From the NCBI GenBank assembly GCA_041496385.1, contig JBGQEL010000003.1, positions 32,001-96,000 on the forward strand: a DNA stretch of 64,000 nt. Direction: 5' to 3'. How positions within the stretch are numbered: the first letter of the stretch is position 1; every line of letters begins with the position of its first letter. Below the pieces are notes generated by a model. The model ran no database searches, was not told the origin of the DNA, and saw only the letters and a program-made list of their open reading frames with translations. Shown here piece after piece: positions 55,176 through 64,000 of the stretch. This stretch comes from Candidatus Methylomirabilia bacterium. GTDB lineage: Bacteria; Methylomirabilota; Methylomirabilia; Rokubacteriales; CSP1-6. The translations under genes and the position numbers were made by a program.

Positions 55176-56024
55176 GTGGCGCGGTCCATCCTCTCCGGCG
55201 TGACGCTCGGCGACGGGCTGCCCGTCGCCGTCATGGGCGTCATCAACGTCAGTCCCGAGTCGTTCCACGCTGGGTCAATCCGCGCGCCCGACGACCTCCT
55301 CGCCGAAGCCCTCGCGATGGTGGAGGCGGGCGCCGCGCTGATCGACGTCGGCGCGCGCGCGACCGCCCCCTACCTGGCCACCGACGTCTCCGAGGCCGAG
55401 GAGTGCCTGCGCCTGGGGCGCGCCGTGGAGCTGCTCGCGCCCAAGGTCCCCGTGCCGATCTCGGCCGACACCGCCCGCCCGGCGCCCGCGCGCGCGGCGC
55501 TCGAGGCCGGGGCGACGGTGATCAACGACGTGTCCGGCCTGGCCGATCCCGCCGTCGCCGCGCTGGCGCGCCGGCATCGCGCCGGCGTCGTCCTCATGGC
55601 CGCGCCGGCCGGGGCCGCACCCGGCGGTGGCGACCCCGTCGCGCGCGTCGCCGGACTGCTGCGGGCGGCGCTCGGGCGCGCGCGGGAGGCCGGGATCCCG
55701 GAGGAGTCGATCGTGCTCGACCCCGGCATCGGGTTCTTCAGGGACGAGGCCGTGCCCTGGGACGAGTGGGACGCGCGCGTGCTGGCCGGCCTGTCCGCGC
55801 TGGCCCCGCTCGGCCGGCCCCTCTGCGTCGGTGTCTCCCGCAAGTCCTTCATCGGCGCGATCACGGGCCGCGCGCGGACGGAGGACCGGCTGGCGGGCTC
55901 GCTGGCGGCGACCGCCGTCGCCGTCTGGCAGGGCGCCGCCCTGATCCGGAGCCATGACGTGGCGGCGACGCTTGACGCCGCGCGCGTCGCAGAGCGCCTG
56001 CGGAACGCGGCGCGGGCCCTATAA
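55176..56024 (+). CDS. folP: Dihydropteroate synthase (divergent loops)
   Basis: MGVINVSPESF, ISADT, INDVSG, LDPGIGF, GVSRKSFIG, RSHDV. Confidence 0.9.
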   Translation: MARSILSGVTLGDGLPVAVMGVINVSPESFHAGSIRAPDDLLAEALAMVEAGAALIDVGARATAPYLATDVSEAEECLRLGRAVELLAPKVPVPISADTARPAPARAALEAGATVINDVSGLADPAVAALARRHRAGVVLMAAPAGAAPGGGDPVARVAGLLRAALGRAREAGIPEESIVLDPGIGFFRDEAVPWDEWDARVLAGLSALAPLGRPLCVGVSRKSFIGAITGRARTEDRLAGSLAATAVAVWQGAALIRSHDVAATLDAARVAERLRNAARAL

Positions 56025-56025
56025 T
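56020..56025 (+). promoter_or_regulatory. -10 element of glmM overlapping the folP stop codon
   Basis: TATAAT containing the folP TAA, 7 nt before ATG 56033, no SD. Confidence 0.65.
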
Positions 56026-56032
56026 ACGGTCG

Positions 56033-57379
56033 ATGGGTCGTCTCTTCGGCACCGACGGGATCCGCGGCGTCGCCAACGAGGAGCCCCTCACGCCGGAGCT
56101 CGCCTTTCGCGTGGGCCGCCAGCTCGTCGCGACCGAGATGGAGCACGGCGCGCGGCGCGTCCGGCTCGTGATCGGGCGCGACACGCGGCGCTCGGGCCCG
56201 CTGCTCGAGGCGGCGATGGTGGCCGGGCTGCTCTCCGCGGGCGCCGAATGCTACGCGGTCGGCGTCATCCCGACGCCGGCGATCGCCTTCCTGACGAAGA
56301 AGCTCGAGGCCCACGGCGGTATCGTGCTGAGCGCCTCGCACAACCGCTTCGAGGACAACGGCATCAAGCTCTTCTCGTCCGAGGGCACGAAGTTCCCCGA
56401 CGCCTGGGAGGAGGAGATCGAACGGCGGCTGGGCGGGGCGGACGACGCGCCGCGGCCGCGCGGCGCGCAGGTCGGCGAGCTGACCGTCTACGACCGCGCC
56501 GAGACGGACTACGTCGAGTTCCTCTGCGGCGCGTTTCCGCTCGATCTCGGCGGGCTCACGGTCGCGCTCGACTGCGCCCACGGCGCGACCCACCGCGTCG
56601 CGCCCCAGGTCTTCCGGCGCCTCGGCGCCCGCGTGCTGACGCTCGGCACGCGGCCGAGCGGGACCAACATCAACGACGGCGTCGGCGCCCTCCACCCCGC
56701 GGGGCTCCAGAAGAAGGTGCGCGCGAGCGGCGCGTCCATCGGCTTCGCGTTCGACGGCGACGGCGACCGGGTCATGTCCGTGGATTCGACCGGCGAGATC
56801 CGCGACGGCGACTACGCGCTCGCGATCGCGGGGCGCCACTTCGCCGCGCGCGGCCGGCTCAAGGGCAACGTCGTCATCACCACCGTCATGGCGAACCTCG
56901 GTCTCGACGAGTCGCTGCGCGCCGCCGGCATCCGGCTCGTGAAGACGCAGGTGGGCGACCGCTACGTGCACGAGGAGATGCAGAAGGTCGGCGCCAATCT
57001 GGGCGGCGAGCAGTCGGGCCATCTCCTGTTCCTCGACCACGCGCCGACCGGCGACGGGATCCTCTCGGCGCTGGCGCTTCTCGGCGTGGCGGTCGAGACG
57101 GGCGAGCCGCTCGCCGCGCTCGCGGGCTGCCTGCGGAAGTTCCCGCAGGTCCTCGTGAACGTCGCGGTGCGGTCGAAGCCGCCGATCGCCTCGCTGCAGC
57201 TGCTCGCCGACCGCACCATGGCGTTCGAGCGCGAGATGGAGGGCAACGGCCGGATCCTCATCCGCTACTCGGGCACCGAGCCGCTCGCGCGCGTCATGAT
57301 CGAGGGGGCCGACGCGGCGCGCATCCGCGCCATGGCCGACGAGCTCGCGGGGATCATCGGACGCCAGCTCGGGCAGTGA
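56033..57379 (+). CDS. glmM: Phosphoglucosamine mutase
   Basis: LFGTDGIRG, SASHN, DGDGDR, GGEQSGH, RYSGTEP. Confidence 0.96.
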   Translation: MGRLFGTDGIRGVANEEPLTPELAFRVGRQLVATEMEHGARRVRLVIGRDTRRSGPLLEAAMVAGLLSAGAECYAVGVIPTPAIAFLTKKLEAHGGIVLSASHNRFEDNGIKLFSSEGTKFPDAWEEEIERRLGGADDAPRPRGAQVGELTVYDRAETDYVEFLCGAFPLDLGGLTVALDCAHGATHRVAPQVFRRLGARVLTLGTRPSGTNINDGVGALHPAGLQKKVRASGASIGFAFDGDGDRVMSVDSTGEIRDGDYALAIAGRHFAARGRLKGNVVITTVMANLGLDESLRAAGIRLVKTQVGDRYVHEEMQKVGANLGGEQSGHLLFLDHAPTGDGILSALALLGVAVETGEPLAALAGCLRKFPQVLVNVAVRSKPPIASLQLLADRTMAFEREMEGNGRILIRYSGTEPLARVMIEGADAARIRAMADELAGIIGRQLGQ

Positions 57380-57388
57380 ACGGCGCCT

Positions 57389-57772
57389 GTGACGATCGCC
57401 GGGATCGGCGTGGACCTGGTCAACATCCCCCGGATGCGTGACACGATCGAGCGCTGGCAGGAGCGCTTCCTGCGCCGCGTCTTCACCGAGCAGGAGATCG
57501 CCTACTGCCGTGCGCACCGCGACCCGGTGCCCCACTTCGCCGCGCGCTTCGCGGCGAAGGAGGCGGGGCTCAAGGCGCTCGGCACGGGCCTCAGCCTCGG
57601 CGTGAGCTGGCGCGAGCTGGAGGTGCGCCGCGAGCGGGGCCGGGCGCCCGAGCTCCTGCTCCACGGGCGGTCGAGGGAGATCGGGCGGTCGCGAGGCGGA
57701 AGCCGCATGCTGCTGGCCCTGACCCACGAAGGGGAGTATGCGCTGGCGCAGGCTATGCTCGTGGGCGACTAG
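57389..57772 (+). CDS. acpS: Holo-ACP synthase
   Basis: GIGVDLV, FTEQE, AARFAAKEA.LKALGTG, LTHE. Confidence 0.95.
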   Translation: MTIAGIGVDLVNIPRMRDTIERWQERFLRRVFTEQEIAYCRAHRDPVPHFAARFAAKEAGLKALGTGLSLGVSWRELEVRRERGRAPELLLHGRSREIGRSRGGSRMLLALTHEGEYALAQAMLVGD

Positions 57773-58508
57773 CGTGGCGATCGGGCCCGTCATCGTTTAC
57801 GGCTGCGCGCCTCACCCGGTCGCGTTCGACTCGAGCGCGGCCACGGGCTCGCTCACGGGGCGGCCCGGCCGCCCGGGCCTGGTCATCGCGGCCCCCCACG
57901 GAACCTCGGACCCCCGCACCGGCGACATCGCCGCGGAGCTCGGGCGGCGCACCGGCTTCGGTCTCGTCATCGCGACGGGCTTCAACCTGGAGCCCGACAC
58001 GCGCGAGCGCACCGGCCGGCGGTACCAGGTGAACCGACCGTTCGTGGGTGTCCCGGGCCGGCCGGCGGCGGAGGACGTCGCCAGCGAGGAGGCGCGGCAG
58101 GTCTACGAGGCCTACGAGCGGCGCGTGCGCGAGGTCGCGCAGGGCCCCCTTCGCGTCCTCGTGGAGATCCACGGCAACGCCAACCGCGAGACGGCGGGCC
58201 GCATCGAGATCGCCACCGTCGGCGTGGACCGCGACGAGGCGCTCCGGCTCGGCACGCTCTTCGAGCTGGTCCGCGACGCGCACCTGGCGACGAACCCCGA
58301 GGCGCCGAGCCTCGCCGTCCTGATCGAGCCGGCGGGCACGCTTCGCTACGCGGCGTCGGGCGCGAAGCGCGACGGCATCTTCCGGGTCCCCGAGCGCGCG
58401 TTGCACATCGAGCTGCCGCGCGCCGCGCGCCGCGACTGGCAGGAGCTGTACACGTCGATCCTCGCCGACTTCCTCGTCCAGGCCGTGGCGCTCCCCGACG
58501 GGCGGTAG
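57738..58508 (+). CDS. Hypothetical lipoprotein, possible zinc-peptidase / poly-gamma-glutamate-hydrolase-like fold
   Basis: Lipobox VYGC; AAPHG, VEIHG, HIEL motifs. Confidence 0.55.
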   Translation: MRWRRLCSWATSVAIGPVIVYGCAPHPVAFDSSAATGSLTGRPGRPGLVIAAPHGTSDPRTGDIAAELGRRTGFGLVIATGFNLEPDTRERTGRRYQVNRPFVGVPGRPAAEDVASEEARQVYEAYERRVREVAQGPLRVLVEIHGNANRETAGRIEIATVGVDRDEALRLGTLFELVRDAHLATNPEAPSLAVLIEPAGTLRYAASGAKRDGIFRVPERALHIELPRAARRDWQELYTSILADFLVQAVALPDGR

Positions 58509-58512
58509 CCCC

Positions 58513-60072
58513 GTGCTGCCGCTCTTCACCGCCGAGGAGGTCCGCGGCCTCGACCGCCGCGCGACCGCCGATCTGGGCATCGCCGGAACCACGCTCATGG
58601 AAAACGCCGGCCGGGGCGCGGCCGAGGAGATCAAGGCGCTCCTCGACGACATGAAGGCGCCGCGCAACGCGCGCGTCGCCGTCGTGTGCGGCAAGGGCGG
58701 CAACGGCGGCGACGGGCTGGTCGTCGCGCGATGGCTCAAGAAATGGGGAGCGCGGCCGGAGGTCCTGCTCGCGTTCCCGGAGCGCGAGATCGCCGGCGAC
58801 GCGGGAGAGATGCTGCGCGCCCTCAAGCAGACCGGCCTGCGCCCCTGGCTCGTCGAGGACGAGGACGCCGCGGCCGAGGCGCTGGCGCGGTCGGAGATCG
58901 TCGTGGACGCGCTCCTCGGCACGGGCGCGCGCGGCGCGCCGGAGGGCCGCGTCGCGCGGCTGATCGAGCTGATCAACGCGAGCGGCCGGCCCGTCGTGGC
59001 GCTCGACATCCCCTCCGGCGTGCCCGCCGACGGCGGCGCTCCGGCCGGCCCGGCGGTGCAGGCCGACCTCACGCCGACCTTCGCCGGCTGGAAGCGCGGC
59101 CTGGTCACGGGCCCGGGCGCCGACCTGGCGGGCGAGGTCGTGGTCGTGTCGATCGGCGTCCCCGAGGCCGAGGCGGCACGGGGGGTGACGACGTTCGTGC
59201 TCGAGGCGCGTGACGTCGCGCGCCACTTTCCGCCGCGGCCGCGCGACGCTCACAAGGGCACCTACGGCCACCTCCTCATCGTCGCGGGCTCGCGTGGAAA
59301 GACGGGCGCGGCGGCGCTGGCGGCCATGGCCGCGATGCGGAGCGGCGCGGGCCTCGTCACCGTGGCGACGCCGGCGAGCCAGCAGCCCATCGTGGCCGGG
59401 CTCGCGCTCGAGACGATGACCGAGGCGCTGCCGGAGACCGCCGCGCACACGCTCGCGGCGAAGAGCGGCGAGATCGTGGCCGAGCTGGCCGCGCGGCGCG
59501 ACGCCGTGGCGCTCGGCCCGGGGATCGGCCTCGACGAGGAGACCCAGGCGGTCGTGCTGGGGCTCGTCGGGACGCTGGCCCGGCCCATGGCCGTGGACGC
59601 CGACGCGCTCAGCGCGCTGGCCGGCCACCTCGACCTCCTTCGCGGCGCGCCGGCGCCGCGCTGCCTCACGCCGCATCCGGGCGAGATGGCGCGGATGCTC
59701 GGCGTCTCCACTGAAGAGATCCAGCGCGACCGCATCGCCGCCGCGCGCGCGTTCGCCACGCGGCACCGTGTCCACCTCGTGCTGAAGGGCGCCTGGAGTG
59801 TGCTCGGCGACCCCGACGGGCGCGTCTTCCTGAACCCGACGGGCAACCCGGGCATGGCGAGCGGCGGCACCGGCGACGTGCTGACGGGGATCCTCGGCGC
59901 GTTCCTGGCCCGCGGCCTGGCCCCGGGCGACGCGCTCCAGAGCGCCGTCTACCTCCACGGGCTCGCGGGCGACGTCGCCGCCGAGCAGGCCGGCGAGGAG
60001 TCGCTCGTCGCGCGCGACGTGATCGAGGCGCTTCCCGCCGCGTTCCGGAGGCTCGGCGACGCTTCCGGCTGA
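58513..60072 (+). CDS. nnr: Bifunctional NAD(P)H-hydrate epimerase/dehydratase (YjeF)
   Basis: LMENAG, GKGGNGGDG, DALLGTG, DIPSG, HKGTYG, LTPHPGEM, MASGGTGDVL. Confidence 0.95.
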   Translation: MLPLFTAEEVRGLDRRATADLGIAGTTLMENAGRGAAEEIKALLDDMKAPRNARVAVVCGKGGNGGDGLVVARWLKKWGARPEVLLAFPEREIAGDAGEMLRALKQTGLRPWLVEDEDAAAEALARSEIVVDALLGTGARGAPEGRVARLIELINASGRPVVALDIPSGVPADGGAPAGPAVQADLTPTFAGWKRGLVTGPGADLAGEVVVVSIGVPEAEAARGVTTFVLEARDVARHFPPRPRDAHKGTYGHLLIVAGSRGKTGAAALAAMAAMRSGAGLVTVATPASQQPIVAGLALETMTEALPETAAHTLAAKSGEIVAELAARRDAVALGPGIGLDEETQAVVLGLVGTLARPMAVDADALSALAGHLDLLRGAPAPRCLTPHPGEMARMLGVSTEEIQRDRIAAARAFATRHRVHLVLKGAWSVLGDPDGRVFLNPTGNPGMASGGTGDVLTGILGAFLARGLAPGDALQSAVYLHGLAGDVAAEQAGEESLVARDVIEALPAAFRRLGDASG

Positions 60073-60484
60073 GACCCTGAGCCGGGGCCCCGAGGAGACC
60101 GCCGCCCTCGGCGAGCGGCTCGGCCGGACGCTCGGCCCCGGCGACGTCGTGGCGCTGGTGGGCGAGCTCGGGGCGGGGAAGACCTGCTTCGTCCAGGGGC
60201 TCGCGCGCGGCCTCGGCGTCGCGACCCTCGCGACGAGCCCGACGTTCGTCCTGATCAACGAGTATCGCGGGCGCCTGCCCGTCCATCACGTGGACGCCTA
60301 CCGCACCGGAAGCCTCGCCGAGCTCCAGGACCTCGGGCTGCCCGAGCTGTTCGCGGGCGACGGCGTCACCCTCGTCGAGTGGGCCGACAAGCTCCGGCCG
60401 CTCCTGCCCCCGGGGACGCTCGAGGTCCGGATCGACGGCCTCGGCGACGAGCCGCGGACGATCCGCATCCGGCGGCTTCCCTAG
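60059..60484 (+). CDS. tsaE: tRNA threonylcarbamoyladenosine biosynthesis ATPase; probable ACG start
   Basis: SRGPEETAALGERLG, GELGAGKT, TSPTFVL, HVDAYR, VEWAD; GGAGG-7nt-ACG at 60047-60061. Confidence 0.93.
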   Translation, partial: TLPAETLSRGPEETAALGERLGRTLGPGDVVALVGELGAGKTCFVQGLARGLGVATLATSPTFVLINEYRGRLPVHHVDAYRTGSLAELQDLGLPELFAGDGVTLVEWADKLRPLLPPGTLEVRIDGLGDEPRTIRIRRLP

Positions 60485-60523
60485 CGGCGTAGACTGGACG
60501 CCGATCGAGAGAGGGGGACGGAC

Positions 60524-61474
60524 ATGCTCTTCGCCGACAACTCGCTCAGCATCGGGCGCACGCCGCTCGTCCGGCTCAACCGCATCGCCGAGGGCGCCGG
60601 CGCCACGGTGCTCGCCAAGATCGAGGGCCGCAACCCGGCCTACTCGGTGAAGTGCCGCATCGGCGCCTCGATGGTCTGGGACGCCGAGAAGCGCGGCGTG
60701 CTGCGTCAGGGCGTCGAGCTGGTCGAGCCCACGAGCGGCAACACGGGTATCGCGCTCGCCTTCGTCGCCGCCGCGCGCGGCTACGGGTGCACCCTCACGA
60801 TGCCGGAGACCATGTCGGTCGAGCGCCGCAAGGTGCTCCTGGCGCTCGGCGCCACGCTCGTCCTCACCGAGGGCCCGCTCGGCATGAAGGGCGCGATCGC
60901 GAAGGCCGAAGCGATCGTGGCCTCGGACCCCGCGCGCTATCTGATGCTGCAGCAGTTCAAGAACCCCGCGAACCCCGAGATCCACTTCAACACGACGGGG
61001 CCGGAGATCTGGGACGACACCGCGGGCGCGGTGGACGTGCTCGTCTCGGGCATCGGCACCGGCGGCACGATCACGGGCGTGTCACGCTTCATCAAGAAGA
61101 TCCGCGGCAAGGCTCTTCTCAGCGTGGGCGTCGAGCCCGAGGCGAGCGCGGTGATCACCCAGACGCTGCGCGGGGAAGCGCTGAAGCCGTCGCCCCACAA
61201 GATCCAGGGCATCGGCGCGGGCTTCGTGCCGGACGTCCTCGACCTCTCGCTCGTGGATCGGGTGGAAACCGTCTCGAACGAGGAGGCCATCGAGGTCGCG
61301 CGGCGCCTCGGGCGCGAGGAGGGCATCCTGAGCGGGGTCTCCTGCGGCGCCGCGGCCGCGGTGGCGCTGCGGCTCGCCCGCCAGCCGGAGTTCCGCGGCA
61401 AGACCATCGTCGTCATCCTGCCGGACTCCGGCGAGCGCTACCTGAGCACCGCGCTGTACGAGGGCCTCGTCTAG
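60524..61474 (+). CDS. cysK: Cysteine synthase A
   Basis: [47 protein letters not shown]. Confidence 0.96.
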   Translation: MLFADNSLSIGRTPLVRLNRIAEGAGATVLAKIEGRNPAYSVKCRIGASMVWDAEKRGVLRQGVELVEPTSGNTGIALAFVAAARGYGCTLTMPETMSVERRKVLLALGATLVLTEGPLGMKGAIAKAEAIVASDPARYLMLQQFKNPANPEIHFNTTGPEIWDDTAGAVDVLVSGIGTGGTITGVSRFIKKIRGKALLSVGVEPEASAVITQTLRGEALKPSPHKIQGIGAGFVPDVLDLSLVDRVETVSNEEAIEVARRLGREEGILSGVSCGAAAAVALRLARQPEFRGKTIVVILPDSGERYLSTALYEGLV

Positions 61475-61588
61475 CTCTCGCTCGCGTTCACAGGATCGGG
61501 CGCCGCGGCCCGGAGCGCCGGGGCCGGGCTCGCGCCGGGAGGGCTCGCCCGACCCCCCATCCCCCGGAGTCGGTCTTTCGGCACGCCC

Positions 61589-61798
61589 TCAAATCACGCC
61601 GAAATGCCGAAGCGCCTCTTCGATCGCCTCACGCTTTTCGGGCGGACACGGCTCGATGTCACGATCCAGACGGGCCCGGTTCGCCCCGCGCAGCGTCGGT
61701 ATGCCGTGAACCTCCTTGACATGAGCGATCCACCCCGTTTTCGGGATGAAGCCGCGATGATGCTGCACGAACTTCTGAATCTCGGCGTCCGTGGCCAT
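61589..61798 (-). CDS. 69-aa hypothetical protein resembling the C-terminal extension of some RlmD/RumA methyltransferases
   Basis: SD aggagg; AT..EIQ..V, WIAHVK..G, CPPEK..AI.EALRHFG pattern. Confidence 0.75.
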   Translation of the reverse strand: MATDAEIQKFVQHHRGFIPKTGWIAHVKEVHGIPTLRGANRARLDRDIEPCPPEKREAIEEALRHFGVI

Positions 61799-61836
61799 TC
61801 AAGCCCTCCTCGATCGTAGCGTCCTGCATGAGCGGC

Positions 61837-64000
61837 CTATGGTACTGGTGTGGCTGATCTCACCGCAGGTGATGCGGGGCCCATGCCGAGCAGTTTGCGC
61901 ATCAGGCGGCGTTTGACCACCTCGACGAGGCCGAGATAGGTCAGGGTGACTGCGCCGAGAAATACGAAGTACGCGCCCGGGAGGGGCACGAAGCCGAGCG
62001 TCGCGGCGAGCGAGGTGAAGGGCAAGATCACGCCGATCAGCACCACGAGCACCGTGGTCACCGTCAGCGGCAGGCTCGGCCGACTGCGCAAGGGATTGCC
62101 GGCGGTCCGGATGACGAAGAGGACGAGTGTCTGCGTCGCGAGCGATTCGACGAACCAGCCCGTCTGGAACAGCGCCTCGGAGGCGCGGAAGACCCACAGC
62201 AGCACCCCAAACGTGAGGAAGTCGTAGATCGAGCTGATGGGTCCGATCACCAGCATGAACTGCTGGATGATCCCGATGTTCCACCGCTGCGGGCTCCGGA
62301 TGAATGCGTCGTCGACGTTGTCGGTGGGGATCGTGATCTGGGCGAGATCGTAGAGGAAATTGTTCAGGAGGATCTGGGTCGGCAGCATCGGCAGGAACGG
62401 CAGGAAGAGGAACGCGCCCGCCATGCTGAACATGTTGCCGAAGTTCGAGCTGGTACCCATCAGCAGGTACTTCATCACGTTGCCGAAGGCCCGCCGCCCC
62501 TCGAGGATCCCGGCGTGGAGGACGCCCAGGTCGCGTTCGAGCAGGATGATGTCGGCCGCGTCCTTGGCGACGTCCACGGCGGTCGCGACGGACACGCCGA
62601 CGTCCGCCGTGTGGATGGAGGGCGCGTCGTTGATGCCGTCGCCCAGGAAGCCGACGACGTGGTTGCGGCTCTTGAGCGCCAGGATGACGCGGTTTTTCTG
62701 CGCGGGTGAGACGCGGGCGAAGACCGTCGTGTGCTCCGCCACCGCAGCGAGCGCGCCGTCGGTCATGCGCTCGATCTCGTCACCGCCGACGACGCGGGTA
62801 CTGTCGAGGCCGACCTGACCGCAGACGTGCTGGGCGACCAGCTCGCTGTCGCCCGTGAGGATCTTCACCACGACCCCGTCGCGGCGGAGCGCGCGGAGCG
62901 TCTCGGCGACGCCTTCCATCGGCGGATCGAAGAAGGTCACGAAGCCGGCGAGCACGAGCTCGCGCTCGTCGCGCGCGGAATACACGGCCTGGAGCGGCGC
63001 CACCGCGTAGGCGACGGCCAGGACCCGGGATCCGTGAGCGCTCAGCTCCCGGTACGTCGCCTCGCAGCGCGCCCGCATGGCTTCATCGAGCACGGCCCGG
63101 CGATCGCCGACCTCGTATGCCGCGCAGCAGGCGAGGACGCTCTCCGGAGCCCCCTTCGTGATCAGCAGGCGCCCGCCGCTGTGCTCGACGACGACGGAGA
63201 GGCGCCGGCGCTCGAAGTCGAACGGGATCTCGTCGATCTTGCGGTAGCCGTCGTCAGCGGGCCCGCCGCGCGCGAGAATCGCCGCGTCCAGCGGGCTCTT
63301 GATGCCGGTCTGGTGGGAGCTGTTGAGACGGGCGAGCGCAAGCGGCCGCTCCGATACCTGGCCGAACGGGTCGAGGTTCCGGTCGAGCACCATGTCGCCG
63401 CTCGTGAGCGTGCCGGTCTTGTCGCTGCAGAGGACGTCCATGCTGCCGAAGTTCTCGATCGCCTCGAGGTGTTTGACGATCACCTTCTGGCGCGCCATGT
63501 GCGCCGCGCCGCGGGAGAGGGTGACGGCGCTGATCATGGGCAGGAACTCGGGCGTGAGGCCCACCGCGAGCGCCACCGCGAAGAGCAGCGACTCGAGAAA
63601 CGCGTGGTGCAGGAGCGCGCCGGCCAGCAGCACGAAGAGGACGAGGAAGAACACCGTGCGCGTGATCAGTAGCGCGAACTGCCGGGTGCCGCGCTCGAAT
63701 TCCGTCTCGGGCGGACGCATCGACAGTCGCGCGGCGATTTCGCCGAACGCGGTCGCCCGCCCCGTCGCGACGACCAGCGCCGTTGCCGTTCCGCTCACGA
63801 CGGAGGTGCCGAGGAAGACGACGTTGCGCGCATCCGCCGGCTGACGCGGCGCGACGTCGATGTCGCCCGCCTCCTTCTCGGCCGGCATCGACTCGCCCGT
63901 CAGGGCGGCCTGCTGGACGTGGAGGTCTCGGGCCTCGAGGAGTCGCGCGTCGGCAGGGACGCGATCCCCCGCCGCGAGCCTGACGATGTCGCCGGGGACG
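61837..64000 (-). CDS. mgtA: Magnesium-translocating P-type ATPase, C-terminal part (5' end outside window)
   Basis: LTGES, AVGLTPEFLP, DKTGTLT, GDGINDAP, MGTSSNFGNMFS, FQTGWFVESLATQ. Confidence 0.95.
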   Translation of the reverse strand, partial: VPGDIVRLAAGDRVPADARLLEARDLHVQQAALTGESMPAEKEAGDIDVAPRQPADARNVVFLGTSVVSGTATALVVATGRATAFGEIAARLSMRPPETEFERGTRQFALLITRTVFFLVLFVLLAGALLHHAFLESLLFAVALAVGLTPEFLPMISAVTLSRGAAHMARQKVIVKHLEAIENFGSMDVLCSDKTGTLTSGDMVLDRNLDPFGQVSERPLALARLNSSHQTGIKSPLDAAILARGGPADDGYRKIDEIPFDFERRRLSVVVEHSGGRLLITKGAPESVLACCAAYEVGDRRAVLDEAMRARCEATYRELSAHGSRVLAVAYAVAPLQAVYSARDERELVLAGFVTFFDPPMEGVAETLRALRRDGVVVKILTGDSELVAQHVCGQVGLDSTRVVGGDEIERMTDGALAAVAEHTTVFARVSPAQKNRVILALKSRNHVVGFLGDGINDAPSIHTADVGVSVATAVDVAKDAADIILLERDLGVLHAGILEGRRAFGNVMKYLLMGTSSNFGNMFSMAGAFLFLPFLPMLPTQILLNNFLYDLAQITIPTDNVDDAFIRSPQRWNIGIIQQFMLVIGPISSIYDFLTFGVLLWVFRASEALFQTGWFVESLATQTLVLFVIRTAGNPLRSRPSLPLTVTTVLVVLIGVILPFTSLAATLGFVPLPGAYFVFLGAVTLTYLGLVEVVKRRLMRKLLGMGPASPAVRSATPVP

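Noticed and set aside
61475..61588. GC-rich stretch after cysK as an sRNA
   Set aside because: Consistent with a hairpin between convergent genes; no family features

Overview
High-GC Gram-negative bacterial chromosome segment. Gene content and the Tat-type class-5 solute-binding protein suggest Rokubacteria/Methylomirabilota (inference). Layout: (1) 1-7.4 kb: TPP-dependent E1 alpha/beta, a GGT-family enzyme and small genes. (2) 7.5-17.2 kb: cobamide salvage/uptake operon under two cobalamin riboswitches (cobU-cobT-cbiA-btuFCD-btuB-cbiZ-tonB). (3) 17.2-47.7 kb: a ~30 kb metal-homeostasis block lying between tonB and the remaining B12 genes. It holds an orphan SBP, HupE/UreJ, an MFS-spermidine-synthase-TPR fusion, an IS1182 relic, MgtE-N/CBS + NRAMP + divergent MgtE, a CusRS-like two-component system, a porin + twin ZnuA-type SBPs + ABC, a CDF, a TPR protein and a double CzcBA with one TolC. 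(4) cobQ-cbiB. (5) Housekeeping run argS-SPOR-hpt-ftsH-folP-glmM-acpS-nnr-tsaE-cysK, then a small RlmD-tail-like ORF and a partial mgtA. Most notable: a recurring CTTCAGG-N4-CTTCA(GG/TT)-N10-TAnnnT promoter that points to a two-component regulon, one copy followed by a fossil fragment of the porin gene; three genes that appear to start at near-cognate ACG/ATT codons; a short uORF with three Arg codons overlapping the argS start; a 56-bp triplication of the cobT-cbiA junction; and several leaderless-type promoters. No rRNA, tRNA or CRISPR array was recognised. All assignments come from motif recognition by eye; no database searches were run.
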